The position numbers were made by a program, and so were the translations under genes. Under the pieces are notes generated by a model that saw only the letters and a list, made by a program, of their open reading frames with translations, had not been told where the DNA came from and did not search any database. Of a DNA stretch of 64,000 nucleotides, positions 14,353 to 28,184 are shown piece by piece; position 1 is the stretch's first letter, and each line of letters opens with the position of its first letter. Source of the stretch: Torpedo marmorata (lineage: Eukaryota); contig OZ360230.1 of NCBI GenBank assembly GCA_977017645.1, positions 74,710,001-74,774,000 on the forward strand, in the 5' to 3' direction.

Positions 14353-16371
14353 AAATTTTCTTTTTTCTTTTTGTTATAATACATTGAATTATTTCAAAAA
14401 GAGTGTGGAATGAGGGGGATGGAGGGGGATACATTAAATTAAGAGGAAAATTCTAAAATGCCCTTTAATGAAAAATGTAATTAAATATCTTGGTGTTTAC
14501 TCAAGATGATCAAAAGCCATATTCTCAAACAGTGCTGCATGGAAGTTGACAGAAACTATTGATTCAAATTTAAGTATACATAGTAGCAAATTTACATAAA
14601 ACACCCAGTTGCCATATATCAGGCTCTGGAGACTCTGACAGGTTCTGATCACCATCCCAGACTATACTTTATGAGGGCTCAGACCCAGGAAAACTCTGGA
14701 AGTTCTCATGAAAGCTCCCTTAACATGATGTAGTAAAAGCCTACTCTTATAATATTTAGTAATAAATGAGACAAGTCATTATCATTAAACAAAACAGAAT
14801 TGTGACTGAATCACAACGTTTTTGGATTCCAACCACTGATGCCATTTTGTTCAATTTCATTATCATAACCAAGCTTCATTATTGAGAGTTCAAATTAGTT
14901 AATTGATAATATTAGGAGAGTTAGTTGCTTGGGTTTAACCGACAGTGAGACATATTATATGTAAAAATCCTGTACATTCTTATTTGGATCTACTAAATAT
15001 AAATGATCTCCTATATTAGCATAAGTTGCCTGAACATTGATTGAGAAAATACTTATATAAAAATATAATTTTGATAGATTCATTTTAATATAGCATTGTT
15101 AGAAGGTCATAAAAAAGAAAAAGTAATCAATATACTGGTTCTTCATTCTTGTTTGATTTAAAAATAAATACCATTCAGTTCAAAAATGTCACTTTTATGT
15201 TAAAAGCCTTGTGCACTTTATCTTGCTGAAGCAGTAGGAATTGGTGGGTGAGGTGTTGTACTGAACGCTGCCCGAAGGAAGTCATGCATTTTGACAGTAA
15301 CAGTAGCTTGCTCCATGATTTCTTCTGTCTTGTTTACATTTGACAATGATAGGTGTGAAGCTTTTATTATTCAATTTATGAATCAGCTAAGTGTCATTGT
15401 TTCTGCATTATAATAATTTACAAAAGGGTAAATATTTCCAAAAATACGTTGTTTAATCCTGTCTTAATCACATCTCTTGTTTAAAAAATACCTACACCAT
15501 AAAAGAATCTGTGGCTATTTCAAGATATAATCAACTTTTCATCAACAAATCTGATGCAACTACAGCTATTGTCTAATGGAAAAACTGTACTTTCATTCAT
15601 TAGACATTGGAATGTGTTTGGGGAATGAAGTGTTACAGGGTCAAAGTGTGTAGGTGGTAAAATAGCCAAGTGGGCACAACATGGAATGAATGAAGTGACT
15701 GCTTTGACACTTTGGAGTTTGTCGAGATTGCATTTCGAGGCAAACACTTCTGTGTTTCTTTTCATCTGTATTCAGGAACAGGCCTGGGGGAGGCCTATGG
15801 ATACACAAAGCCTCCCAATGGGCCGCTGCCTGTCATTGGTTGACAGCACATCTACTGGGGAGATGTAGAGCTGTGAGTAGGAGGACTTTCGCAGTATCTC
15901 GAGGAGTAAGTTACCAGAAGAAAACAAGTTAACAATAGACAACACCACAAAGCTTTAATAGTCTTTCAGCAACATAGAATCTTAAGTAGGACTGTAGCAT
16001 TTACTTGATAATCTTCAATCAATTCCTTTAAATATGAAATATCTGATCAACTATCCAAAATATATAAAAACAAACAGCATTTACAATTCTGTGGTTACTT
16101 GAACACAAATGTCAGCGACAAAATTTGCTTGAACTTAACAGTAAAGAAAATCTAATGTATGAAATATTTTTAGCACATTTCTTTGAAAAAAATTCCAAAG
16201 AATGCCAATCAATTATTATGTTTTGTTGCAGTGATCGCCAAGCAGCCAAGTTCTTCACAGCAGGATCCCAAAATGTCCACTAATGCTATTTGAGGGGAAA
16301 AGTTGCCAGGCTCATTTTCCTTTTCTTCTTTGATCAGCAATATAAAAATAAAAAATATGAAGCAATACAGA

Positions 16372-16926
16372 GAAATTTCTACAGATGTGTGGTGGAAAGT
16401 GTGCTGACCGGCTGCATCACGGTCTGGTATGGGGACACCAATATCCCTGAGCATAAAGTCCTGCAAAAGGTAGTGGACACAGCCCAGGACATCACAGGCA
16501 AAACTCTCCCCACCATCGAGAATATCTACAGGGAACGCTGCCATTGGAGAGCAGCAGCAATCATCAAGGATCCACACTACCCAGCACACGCTCTGTTCTT
16601 GCTGCTACCATCAGGAAAGAGGTATAGGTGCCACAAGACTCGCACCACCAGTTTCAGGCATAGCTGCTACCCCTCCACCATCAGACTCCTCAACAACAAA
16701 CTCAATCAGGGACTCATTTAAGGACTCTTGTGCACTTTATTGATTGTTTTTTTCTCTCTGTATTGCACAGTTTGTTTACATTTCTTTATTTGTTTACAAG
16801 TGTACGTTGAGTACAGTTTTTTTTTGCACTACCAATAAATGGTAATTCTGCCTCGCCCGCAGGAAAAAGAATCTCAGGGTTGTATGTGATGTCATGTATG
16901 TACTCTGACAATAAATCTGAAATCTG
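16372..16926 (+). mobile_element. Rex1/Babar-type LINE 3' fragment
   Basis: ORF 16290-16721 has NFYRCVVESVLTGCITVWYG...IIKDPHYPAHALF.LLPSGKRYR...RTTSFRHS; tail aataaatctgaaatctga; close sister copy at 29829-30465. Confidence 0.85.
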
Positions 16927-18890
16927 ACTTCAATTTCATCCAGTATACAACCCCTCAGATTCCTCAGATGCTATATTGTAAATTCTACTTTCTTAATTCT
17001 TAAATATTAAAACATCAGATTTGGAAACAACAACTGATCATTCAGCCAAACTGATATTGGCGATTTGAAATGATAATATTATACCATAAAAGAAAAAAAA
17101 GGAAAAATTGCTGAGCAGCAGCAGCAGATGGGCAGGGGATTTGTATTCAATGAGCCCATGTCTGGGATAGTGGAAGTAGATGTGATCTCACTGTCATGGC
17201 TGAAATGAACAGCTAGTTCCAACTGCAATGTGGCTGGTCTTTAAGCTACTAATTGCATCAATTTTAGGACAGTTCAACTAGCCAGTGGGAATAAGTTGAC
17301 TTGCCTGGATAGTACACAAAACAAAGTTTTGTACATGTGACAATAAACAATTCAATTCAATTTAATCCAGACCTATGCAGGTCTATGGTTGCAAGTGGCA
17401 GTGGAAGTCATGCCAAGGTTAAAATATTATGGCAGACCACAGCTGGGAGCAAGCCTCATCTTATTTCTCCAACACAGCCCTTGAGGCACAGGTAAGATGT
17501 AGAGAAGGAGAGCACTAATCTATTCACAAAACATATCACCAACCAGTGGTTGGAGGAAGACACAATGGATGTGCACATCAGAAGCAAACCCTCAAAGATA
17601 GATCAGTGAAGGAAAAGATATGATGTCCATAAATTGGTAGTTTAGGGCAGTGATACACCATCTTGTTTTCAATTGCCCTTGGCCCTCCATTTAATGGAAT
17701 ATTCCAAGCACTATAAATGCACCACATCACCACTACTAATCTTTATCAAACCATGCTCAGTCATTTCATTTATTATGTCCCACTACATGTTCACATTCCT
17801 CCACCACTCCAAGACTCTCACTCATGCCTCTCAACTTCAATCACCCTGCAGTCATAAATAAAACTGAAAATGTTGAGGAAACTCAGGTCTGGCAGCATTT
17901 GTATAGAGAAAACACAGTTGGCCTGGAAATTTCTTTGCACATGGCTGTAAAATAACAATGCTGCAATTTAAAACCGGCTACCCCAGTGTTGAGTAATTTT
18001 GTGTGTATATCCGGGTGCCTAAGTGTCTGTTGAGAAATTTGACTCCTGTCTTTTCAATGAGATTTTCATTTGCCCTTGTACATTTCATCCAAAGTAAACT
18101 TCCCACAAACGACATCAATGGTTATGTTAAATGCAAAAATCTGTCTGCGGTGAGTTTCAACTTAACTATCTGAAAAATGACAGTCCTTATTCACTGACAG
18201 AACAGCCAGGTTTTACAAACCCAGTTTTCCCCTAAAACCATTCTGATTAAAGGACCAACACTCAATCTGCACTCTTTGACCTCACCAAAATGTATTGCCT
18301 CCTGCAACCTGAAATAAACCTGGTCTGTTTTACCCACAGAGGTCAGGGTTACATTCATGGTCAGCTCCAGGGTTGGTCCAGGCTACTGCTGTTGATCTCT
18401 GCTTCATCCGAGTTTGCTGCTCACTGCTGCATTTGGAAAGTCACTTAAACATTAGACTCAAGATGAGAAAATTTATATATTTTTCCTGAAATACACAGCA
18501 GATAATATCCCCCAAAACAGAGGCATCCCTGGACTGCACTGATGTCTTGAGAAATGCCTCCATTGTAACCTCCTAGCTGTAAACTATGGCTGCAATGCAC
18601 AAAGAGTGTGCTTATTCTTACCATCCTTACCCTCAACTCATTTGTGTTTGCATTATCTATTTGTTCAACAGCAACAGTCCCTCATATTCTGAAAACTGTT
18701 GGCTTGAGCTCTGGGATGTGCCTCTAAGAGATGGTTAAAAACATTACAGCAGCAGGACTACATGCTGACAAGTGTGAGTACTTCTCATAAAACAACTGAG
18801 AATGCCACGCGGAAACACTGGAAATGTCAGTTTCAGCTCAGTTTTACACAGGGAAGCCTGACAATGATATTCTGCCAAACTCACAAATAA

Positions 18891-19338
18891 CACTGGACAA
18901 CAAAGATTTTGCTTCCTGAATACTTTTGGGTGTATTTTATAAAATTTGGGCTGCTGATCACGAAAATCACTTTAAAATTTCCTATCACATACCGTTTTTT
19001 AGATATAACCTATTTTTGTGATTTCCTGTCATATTTTGTCTACTAGTATATTGCCCACAAAACAAGCTGTTTTGGTCAGTCCAAGCATGCCTGGGCATGT
19101 ACTCAGAGCAGGTGCTTTGCAAATGTTGTCTTAGGCCTATAGGCATTCTTAGTCAGGATAGATGCACACAGACTATAAAAACAGCTCACATATACAGATG
19201 CTGTGCATTACATTGATATAGATTGAACGCATGTTGATGCACATGTTCTTCAGGCAATAGCTTAGTGACTGTACATAACAATAGCATTTATTGTCTTCAG
19301 GAAGATTCAATACAGCGGAAATGTCTCGTCAATGTTGC
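18891..19338 (+). mobile_element. Possible left end of a DNA transposon, truncated by a CR1
   Basis: Starts CACTGGACAAC, followed by a subterminal-like AT-rich block; ATG TCT CGT CAA TGT (MSRQC) at 19321 lies just before the CR1 junction. No right end found. Confidence 0.3.
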
Positions 19339-20594
19339 AATGCGTGGTAGGTCGTGTTTAACGAATCTTGTAGAGTTTTTCAAGGAGGTTACCAAGAAGG
19401 TAGATGAAGGAAAGGCTGTGGATGTTGTCTACATGGACTTTAGTAAAGCCTTTGACAAGGTCCCACATGGGACGTTAGTTCCCACTAGGTATCTATGGAG
19501 AGGTTGTAAACTGGATTCGAAATTGGCTGTGTGGGAGAAAATAGAGAGTGGTAGTGGATGGTTGCTTCTCAGACTGGAGGCCTGTGACGAGTGATGTGCC
19601 TCAGGGATCTGTGTTGGGACCATTGTTGTTTGTTATCTATATCAATGATCTGGATGATAATGTGGGAAATTGGATCAGCAAGTTTGCTGATGATACAAAG
19701 ATAGGAGGCGTTGTGGACAACGAGGAAGATTTTCAAAGCTTGCAGAGGGATCTGTACCAACTGGGAGAATGGGCCAAAAAATGGCAGATGGAGTTTAATG
19801 CAGACAAGTGTGAGGTGTTGCATTTTGGAAGGGCAAACCAAGGTAGGACATACACAGTAAATGGTAGGGCACTGAGGAGTGCAGAGGAGCAAAGAGATCT
19901 GGAAATACAGATACATAATTCCCTGAAGGTGGCGTCGTGGGTGGACAGGGTTGTAAAGAAAGCTTTTGGCATCTTAGCCTTTATAAATCAAAGTATTGAG
20001 TATAGGAGTTGGGATGTTATGTTGAAGTTGTTTAAGACATTGGTGAGGCCAAATTTGGAATATTGTGTGCAGTTTTGGTCGCCTATCCAGGAAGGATATC
20101 AATAAGATTGAAAGAGTGCAGAGAAGATTTACGAGGATGTTGCCGGGTCTTCAGGAGTTGAGTTACAGGGAAAGATTAAACAGGTTAGGGCTTTATTCAT
20201 TGGAGCATAGAAGAATGAGGGGTGATTTGATAGAGGTTTACAAGATTATGAGAGATATAGACAGAGTGGATGCGAGTAGGCTTTTTCCACTTAGATTGGG
20301 GGGATAAATACGAAAGGTCATAGTTTTAAGCTGAAAGGGGAAAGGTTTAGGGGGAACATTAGGGGAAAGTTCTTCACTCAGAGAGTGGTGGGAGTATGGA
20401 ATAAGCTGCCATCTGATGTGGTGAATGCGGGCTCGATCATAAGTTTTAAGAATAAATTGGACAAATACATGGATGGGAGAGGTCTGGAGGGCTATGGAAT
20501 GGGAGCTGGTCAAAGGGACTAGCGGAATGATGGTCGGCACAGACTAGAAGGGCCAAATGGCCTGTTTTCTGTGCTGTAGCATTCTATGGTTCTA
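19339..20594 (+). mobile_element. 5'-truncated CR1 LINE (RT and 3' UTR)
   Basis: GRSCLTNL, YMDFSKAFDKVPH, VPQGSVLGP, FADDTK, RPNLEYCVQFWSP; tail attctatggttctat. Confidence 0.95.
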
Positions 20595-20989
20595 TCTGGC
20601 TTTGTGTGGTAGTGTCTCTCTGTTTGGAGGTCCGACTGTGCGATTATGTTCATTGGTGAATGGCTCTGTGGTTCTGCCTTAAATTACCCATATTGTGTTC
20701 TATTGTTGACTAACTGTGAAGAATATTGAGGCCTTGGAGAGATGGAGACATAATTTTAAGATGCCAGGCCTGAGAACATAGTGCCCTGGAAAGCAAGTAT
20801 TGTCCAGCTTAGAGATGAGAAACATAACATGAGATTTTCAGTTACCTTGTGAGAGATTTTGTCAATGAATGGGTAGAAACCTTTACCACTGGCAAGAATG
20901 TTAATAGACAGAAGTCATAGATTCAAGGTAATTTGCAAAATACCAGAGGAGATGAGATCGATTTCATGTGGTGTGTTGCAATGATCAAA

Positions 20990-21375
20990 ATGAATGCTGC
21001 TCAGAACATCACACAAACTTCCCTCCCCTCCATGGACTCCATCTACATCTTCCACTGCTGAGGAAAGGTAGCCAACATACTGAAGGACCCATAACACCCC
21101 AGGCACACTCTCTTCCATCAAGAAGAAGGCTTAGAGTGTGAAAACATGCACCAACAGGCTAAAAGACAAGTTTCTTCCCTGCTCCTGAATTAATCCCACA
21201 ACAGGGCTATTGTGCAGTCCATGCTTGATGCTAATTGCTCTTTTGTAACTGTATGCCCTGCAAATTATGTCCTCTACTTTCTGCAGCTGTATGAGTGTTG
21301 GAGATAACCTGTTAGACTGCTCACAGAAAAAACCCTTCTCGCTGTACGAGGTGTGAAAAATGATGTGACAATTAA
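20990..21375 (+). mobile_element. Degenerate Rex1/Babar 3' fragment
   Basis: Decayed similarity to 16480-16700 (cagaacatcaca..cttccctcc...aaggaccc). Confidence 0.6.
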
Positions 21376-22544
21376 GAGTGGAGAATTTAGATTTCATAAA
21401 CAACACTTAAAGGAGAATTGGTCTATACCTGGAGCTGGAAAATTGTAGGAGTTTGGGATTAAATTAGAGAGGTTTATTTGCTTTTTCTCTCTAAGAACCA
21501 GCACAGGAACAGTGGCTGGATGGTCTCCATTGCTGTGCAATTCTGTGAATGATTGTTTATTGCCTCAGTCTATCGGTATAAGAATTCAGTGGCCAATGTA
21601 TATAGTTAACATGATTGCTTCATCAAGCTATTTTTTATGTCATAGGTAAATTCAATGTTGTCATCCTTTAGGTCCCCCTCATCTTAATCTGCCGCCCGCC
21701 CCGTCACACACTCACATATTACCATCAAACAAAATCGGATAGAACTGTTGCTGATGTTTTCTAAATCTGTCAGCGTCTAACACTGTTCTTTCTATCCACA
21801 GACAATCTGTCGACTAGGCATTTGCAAAATGTCCTCCTCTTTTCTTAAAATATTAATTTTTCGTGCATTTGAATCTTTTTTTCAACAATGCTGCACGGTC
21901 TGGAATAAACCACTGAAAGTTATAAGAAATGATTGTATCAGTTACAAATGACTAGTTCCAAAGGTTTAACCCAAGTTATAAATTGCTGTTCTGGGGCGTA
22001 TGGCTTATATGTAAAGTTGGAGTAACCTGACTTCTGCTTTCTCCTGTAGATGGTGTGCTGTTGGTGGATACTGGTTATGTGAGGGACCAAAAAGGTAAGA
22101 TCTTTACCACATGCATTTTGAAAATTGCATTATCAATTATACAGGTTCTTTAAAATCTTAAAGTCCTCAGTTAAATTTTAGATACAGTAATTCTTGCCAC
22201 ATATATGAAAGTGGAGTGACCAGATTTAAGATTATTCCTCAACTTTAGAGAATTAAACCAGGGAGCACCTCTTTCTGACGAGAGGAGGCAAATAATTAAA
22301 TCCCTGTCACATCTTTCTTTCATTCTTCGTTTTGTGGTGATGTCGATCTGTTTGACTTGTATTCATTTTCAACATGAGGAGCTATCTGATGTTGCAAACT
22401 TTTATTACCTTGATGCCCTTAGAAGTTGGTGGCAGTTCTTCATGAAGGAAAACTGCACATAGTACTTGAATCAGTAATTATAAATAGAATTTAGCCTCTT
22501 CAAGACATTTCCCTACTTCTCCATCAGTGGCATCCAAAGTTTTA

Positions 22545-22818
22545 AATTTATATATTTTTTTAAAATTTAGACATACAGCACGGTAACAGGCCATTTCGGC
22601 CCACGAGTCCATGCCGTCCAATTTACACCCAATTAACCTACACCCCCGGTACGTTTCGAGCGGTGGGAGGAAATCGGAGCACCCAGGGAAAATCCACGCA
22701 GACACGGGGAGAACGTACAAACCCCTGACAAACAGCGCGGGATTCGAACCCTGGTCCGATCCCAATCGCTGGTACTGTAAAGGCGTTGCGCTAACCGCTA
22801 CGCCAACCATGCCGCCCC
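22545..22818 (-). mobile_element. tRNA-derived V-SINE (HE1-like), young
   Basis: Minus strand: A box tggcgtagcggtt, B box ggttcgaatccc, V-domain gtacgttctccccgtgtctgcgtgg...gggtgctccgatttcctcccac, CR1-like tail gggccgaaatggcctgtt; CpGs retained. Confidence 0.9.
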
Positions 22819-23224
22819 AAATTAATTCCAACTTTATCAGGATTACCCCACATGAATAATATAATGTTGAAATTATTGCTGTGGTCAGTCATGGTATGAA
22901 AACATTTTAAGTCCTTGCACTTGGGTTGAATTTGGATTGGTCATGGTCAAGGTAGGTTCCAGTTGGAAGCTGATGAATAGGCATTGCTTGTGTTTGAACA
23001 CTGCATTCATTTAGAATCAGCCCTCTGCTCTATTCCCACAATTCTTTTCTTTTCAAGTATTTCTTTAGAAAATTGCTCTTGAATCAAATTCCTCCACACC
23101 ATCAAACCGTGTATTCTTGTCCATAGAGAAAACTACGCAAAAACCTCACCTTTCCACTGTTCTTTGAGATTACATTTTAACCCTGTTTCCTCTGATTGCC
23201 AACATCCCTGGTAGTGTCCCTTAC

Positions 23225-23400
23225 CGATTTTTGTAGATGCATCATAGAAAGTATCCTGTTCGATGCATCACAGCGAGGTACAGGAACTGCTCTGTCCTTT
23301 ACTGCAAGAAACTGCAGAGTTGTGAATGCAGCTCAAGCCATCACAAAAACCAACCTTCCCTCCATCGATTCAATCTTTATCTTCTGTTGCCTCATGAAAT
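23225..23400 (+). mobile_element. Degenerate Rex1/Babar fragment
   Basis: Encodes DFCRCIIESIL...CITA.Y.NC...AQAITKTNLPSID. Confidence 0.7.
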
Positions 23401-24759
23401 TTGGCAACAACTGCACTTTGTTTGATTCTCAGGAAAAAAATGTGAACAAATTTCTGTAGCAAAGGCGCACCAACAAACTGAAATAGCAAGGCTTCAGGAT
23501 AAATTCTGAGTCGCATGTAAGAAATTTTCAGAAGAATTATGATGAAACTATAATTTCCTCTGATCAGGTTCCCATATCTGAAAGATGCAGCAAATGCCAT
23601 GACTTTGATCCTTTATGGAACCAGCTGACTTGCTGAGTATTTCCTGACTCAAATTATTCCTGTCTCTCTAACTTTCAGCTATACCTTTCTCCAAGTTTAT
23701 TGCAGACTGAAATGTACCTTCCACTATGGACTTGAAGACATTGAGATGATTGGATAGGCTTTTACAAGGGACCTGTATGTGTCCACAATCCAAGTATACC
23801 CTCAAAAAGGCGACAAAATGAAATCACTTACCAAGATGCAGGAACGCTTAATCAGGAAGATCGGAGACAAAGCTTTGCCTTTCTCATTTGAGGTACATTT
23901 TGCTTCATGCTGTAATGGTAGAACAGACTGAGAAAATTACCATCTAAAAGGGATAAGAATTGTGCATAATGGCAGGTTATGTGGAGAGGTGAGGGATGGG
24001 TGTTCAATCTTATGATCCAATCAAACTGAGCCTTAATAATAGAGGCATGACAGAAAATTATCCCAGGGCAGGTCAGAGAATTCACATCTACTTGAGTTTT
24101 ATAGAAATTGTACCAACTTATTAATTGACGTGTTTGGAATAAAGGCAATGGAGAATCCTGGAGAAGGCTTTAGCAATAGAGGAGATGTGATCATTCCACC
24201 TTTGGGAAAAGTAGCTTATCCTTAAGTGTGGTGACTGTTGCAAATGTAGGAGCTATAACGAAACTGGTGTGTGAGGAATCTAGTGGAACAAAAACCCAGG
24301 TATGCCTTCTATCTAGGTGTTATCTATAGTCTGCCATAATTAATATTTCTGTTCTTTCCCTTAACAGTTTCCAAACTATATGTCCTGCTCTGTTTGTCTT
24401 CAGCCTGGTGTCAATGACCCAGACAAAGTAAGATCTCTAACACCTGTCATGATTTTGTGATGCTGAATGATCGACAGTAGTTTAATTGCTCCTTATTGAT
24501 GCCATCAAAATTGCCTTCAATAAAGTTTATCAAAGTTGAAGCTGGTCCAAATTATAGTACTGATTTTAATTTTAATTTCCAGTTTAGTCTCAATGCTAAT
24601 ATACGCTCTTTAAATGGATTTTGGTTTTACAGGGTAGGCTGGATTTAGGTGGTTCACATGCAAAGTGAGTTAGTCTAATATCCAGACAGATACACTGTAA
24701 TTGTAGAATTGAATACATTGAAAATGCCAAGAGAGATTGGGGGAGGCCAAGGTCTGAAG

Positions 24760-26196
24760 GTATAACACGAAGGAAGTAAGAGAGGCTATCTACTGGAGAA
24801 GACTCATTTGGAACATTATTATCTTGATGGTCAATAAATCACTTGATCTAGACACTGAGAGAAGTAAATGTAGAACTAGTAGATGTATCAGCCAAAATCT
24901 TTCAATCCTCAGTGACTACATGAATCATGCCCGAGGACAGGAATGTTAGACGGCCAATAATCAAGAAGAGGCAAAGTTGGAAAAAAGATGGCAATCAGTA
25001 TATTAACACTGATGAAAATGTTATTGGAACCCGTTATCTTGGACAAAATAATGTTTTTGTTAGAAAGGCTGGGGATAACCAAGGTGGTGTGAAAATGGAT
25101 TTGCTGGAGACAAATTACACCTGTTTCACCTGATTAAATTCTTTGAGATATTCAGGATTAGATTAGACATTGAGTTTGCGGGATAAGCCAGAGTGGTAGT
25201 AGATGATTTCCTATCTCATTGGAGGCCTGTGTCTAGTCGTGTGCCTTATAGATCAGTGCTGGGTCAATTGTTGTTTGTCATCTATATTAACGATCTAGGC
25301 GATAATGTGGTAAATTAGATCAGCACGTTTGTCGATGACATGAAGATCGGAGGTGTAGTGGACAACAAGGAAGGCTTTCAATGCTTGTAGTGGGATGGGG
25401 ACCAGCTGGAAAAATGAGCTGCAAAATGGTAGATGGAATTTAACGCAGACAAGTGTGAGATGTTGAACTTTGGGAGTACTAACCAAGGTAGGACATGCAC
25501 GGTAAACAGTAGGGTACTGAGCAGTGCAGTAGACAAGGGGATCTGGGAATACAGATACATAATTCCCTGAAAGTGGCATCACAGGTAGAAAGGGTCTTAA
25601 AGAGACCTTTTGGTATGTTGGCCTTCATAAATCAAACTATTGTGTACAAGAATTGGGGTGTTATGGTGAAGTTGTACAAGACATTGGTGAGGCCAAATTT
25701 GGAGTATTGTATGCAATTTTGTTCACCTAACTACAGGAAAGATATCAAAAAGATTGAAAGATTTTAGAGAAGATATACAAGGATGTTGCCAGAACTTGAG
25801 GAACTGAATTACAGGAAAAGATTAAACAGGTTTGGACTTTTATTCCCTGGAGTGTAGAAGAATGAGGGGAGATGTACTAGAGGTAAACAAAATTACGAGT
25901 ATAGATAGGGCAAATGCAAGCAGGCTTTTTCCACTGAGGTTAAGTGAGACAAGAACTAGAGGACATGGGTTAAGGGTGAAAGGTGAAATGAGAGTGTGGA
26001 ACAAGCTGCCAGCTGAAATGGTGAATGTAGGCTCATTTTTGATATTTAATAAAAATTTGGATCAGCACATAGATGGGAGGGGTATGGAGGGCTATGCTCT
26101 GGGTGCAAGTCATTGGGATGAGGCAGAATAATAGTTTGGCACAGACTAGATGGGCTGAAGGACCTGTTTCTGGGCTGCAGAGTTCTATGGTTCTAA
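24760..26196 (+). mobile_element. Degenerate CR1 LINE(s), RT and 3' UTR
   Basis: FVDDMK, LVRPNLEYCMQFCSP, WNKLPAEMV; tail agttctatggttcta. 24760-25160 looks like an older adjacent piece. Confidence 0.88.
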
Positions 26197-26354
26197 AAGA
26201 GTGAAGTGATTTCATGAAATGCCATACAGGTGGCTTGTTAAGAAGATAGAAAGTGGATTAAGAGGAAATTGGCAATATGCTTGTAGATTAACTAATGGGC
26301 AGGTAATTGAGAGTGGCAGCAATGATGTTGTGCAACTGAGGGGGAAGAGATACT

Positions 26355-26550
26355 TTAATTTAGAGTTGCAGCATGGTAACAGGCCCTTTTGGCCCACAAG
26401 CCTGTGCCGTTCAAATACACCTGTACACCTTTGGAACGTGGGAGTAAACTGGAGCACCCAGAGGAAAGCCGACAGACACAGGGAGAATGTACAAAATCCT
26501 TACAGGCAGCGCCGGATTCAAACCTGGGTTGCTGGTGCTATAATACCCGT
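26355..26550 (-). mobile_element. V-SINE copy, degenerate
   Basis: ggagtaaactggagcacccagagg...gacacagggagaatgtacaaa matches 22665-22730. Confidence 0.75.
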
Positions 26551-27609
26551 TCCTTTAGTATGAACTTTTGGAGCCATTGCTTTTCAATTGTTATAAACTT
26601 TGAAGAAGATCCAAAACATTTCAAAGTAATTGATAATGATACACTTGCTTGGTCAACTTCAAAATGGGAAGCAGGCTAGTAAAATAGCATGAAGTATGCC
26701 AGATGCAGTTCAATGCAGAAAAGTGTGAAGTATTTTGGTTTGGGAAGGACAACTTTGGAATGCAGTGCAACCCAGAATGGGTCTGTGCCCCACAGACCAA
26801 TAATTCATAATATATCATCCCCCATGCATGTGCAACCTAGAAGGGTCAGCTCTTAGGAATACATCAACTGGAAATGGTCAGTGCCACACAGATCGCCAAA
26901 TTAAAATGAATTTCCCATCATTGACTTGTATCGTTGAATGTGTCATTCCTCATGAACCTTTGACTGAATCAAGTGTCCATGGATTTGAATCATCCACCGC
27001 CTTATCTCCCTGCTGGATAACTGCAACTTCTGATATTTCTGATCTCTCCGCAGTTCTGTTCTGTAGATTTTGAGGTAATAACATTCTGCGTGAACAATCT
27101 GGAGGAAAAGATCCGTAAAAGGTAACAATGAGAACTTGCTGCAGTATGGAAGGCAGTGGCCTCTGATATTGCCCAATATTCTGTGAATGTGATCATGTGA
27201 CACAATAATAGAACTCTGTCTGTCAAGTACGGTGCGCACAGGGTTTTGACTGGCTGCACCTCCATGTAAAAGTTTTAAAAATTATTATTACCAGCTCAAC
27301 TGGGATGAGTGAAGTCAAAATGCAAAAATTTGTGAATTATTAGTGGCCCTTTTGTGAATCTTTGGTATAACTTTGCTACCGCCAGTAAAGTACTCGCTTG
27401 AGGTTTTCGCTAGAAAGTATTGGAATTTACTAGTTGGTTAGATAATGACTTTTCAGTACGATTATTCACCATGTGAGATTTTATTCTTTCTCAAGAGTCA
27501 TGAATTATCCAGAGAATTGAGGAGGTTTGTTGGTTGATTGAAAAATGACAATTACAACATGATTAAACTACAGCAATTTGGCTAAAATGAAAAATGTGCA
27601 TGAGAGACA

Positions 27610-28165
27610 AGTCATGGTGGTTATGTCTCTGGCACAGAGTCTGGCCCATCAGCTCAGAAGGGAAGGGGGGAGAAGAGGAGAGCTATAGTGATTGGGGATT
27701 CATTAGTTAGGCAAACAGATAGGTGGTTCTGTGAACGAGATCGAGATTCCCAGATTGTACCTTGTCTCCCAGGTGCCAGGGTCAGGGATGACTCTGATTG
27801 AGTCCACAGCATTCTCAGGCGGGAGGGTGAGCAACCAGATATTAGTCTACGTGGGGACCAATGACATAGATGGGAGTAGGGATGAGGTCCTGAGGAGGGA
27901 AAATGGGGAGTTAGGAAAGAAGTTGAAAAGCAGGACCTCAAGGGTGGTAATCTCGGGATTGCTGTCTGTGCCATGTGCCAGTAAGGGTAGGAATAGGAAG
28001 TTGTGGCTGAAGGCTTGGGGCAGGGGTTCAGATTTGTGGATCATTGGGTTCTATTCTGGGGAAGGTCTGCCCCGTACAAAAAGGATGGGCTGCACCTGAA
28101 CTGGAGAGGGTCCAATATCGTGGCAGGCAGGTTTGCTAGAGCTATTGGGGAGGATTTAAACTAGG
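27610..28165 (+). mobile_element. CR1 ORF1 fragment (SGNH esterase domain)
   Basis: VIGDSLVRQTDR, CLPGARV, VYVGTNDI, SRVVISGLL.VP, DGLHLN across frameshifts. Confidence 0.85.
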
Positions 28166-28184
28166 GGAGAAGGAAGATATCAGG

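Noticed and set aside
22730-22818. tRNA gene
   Set aside because: The A/B boxes belong to a V-SINE head; no complete cloverleaf.
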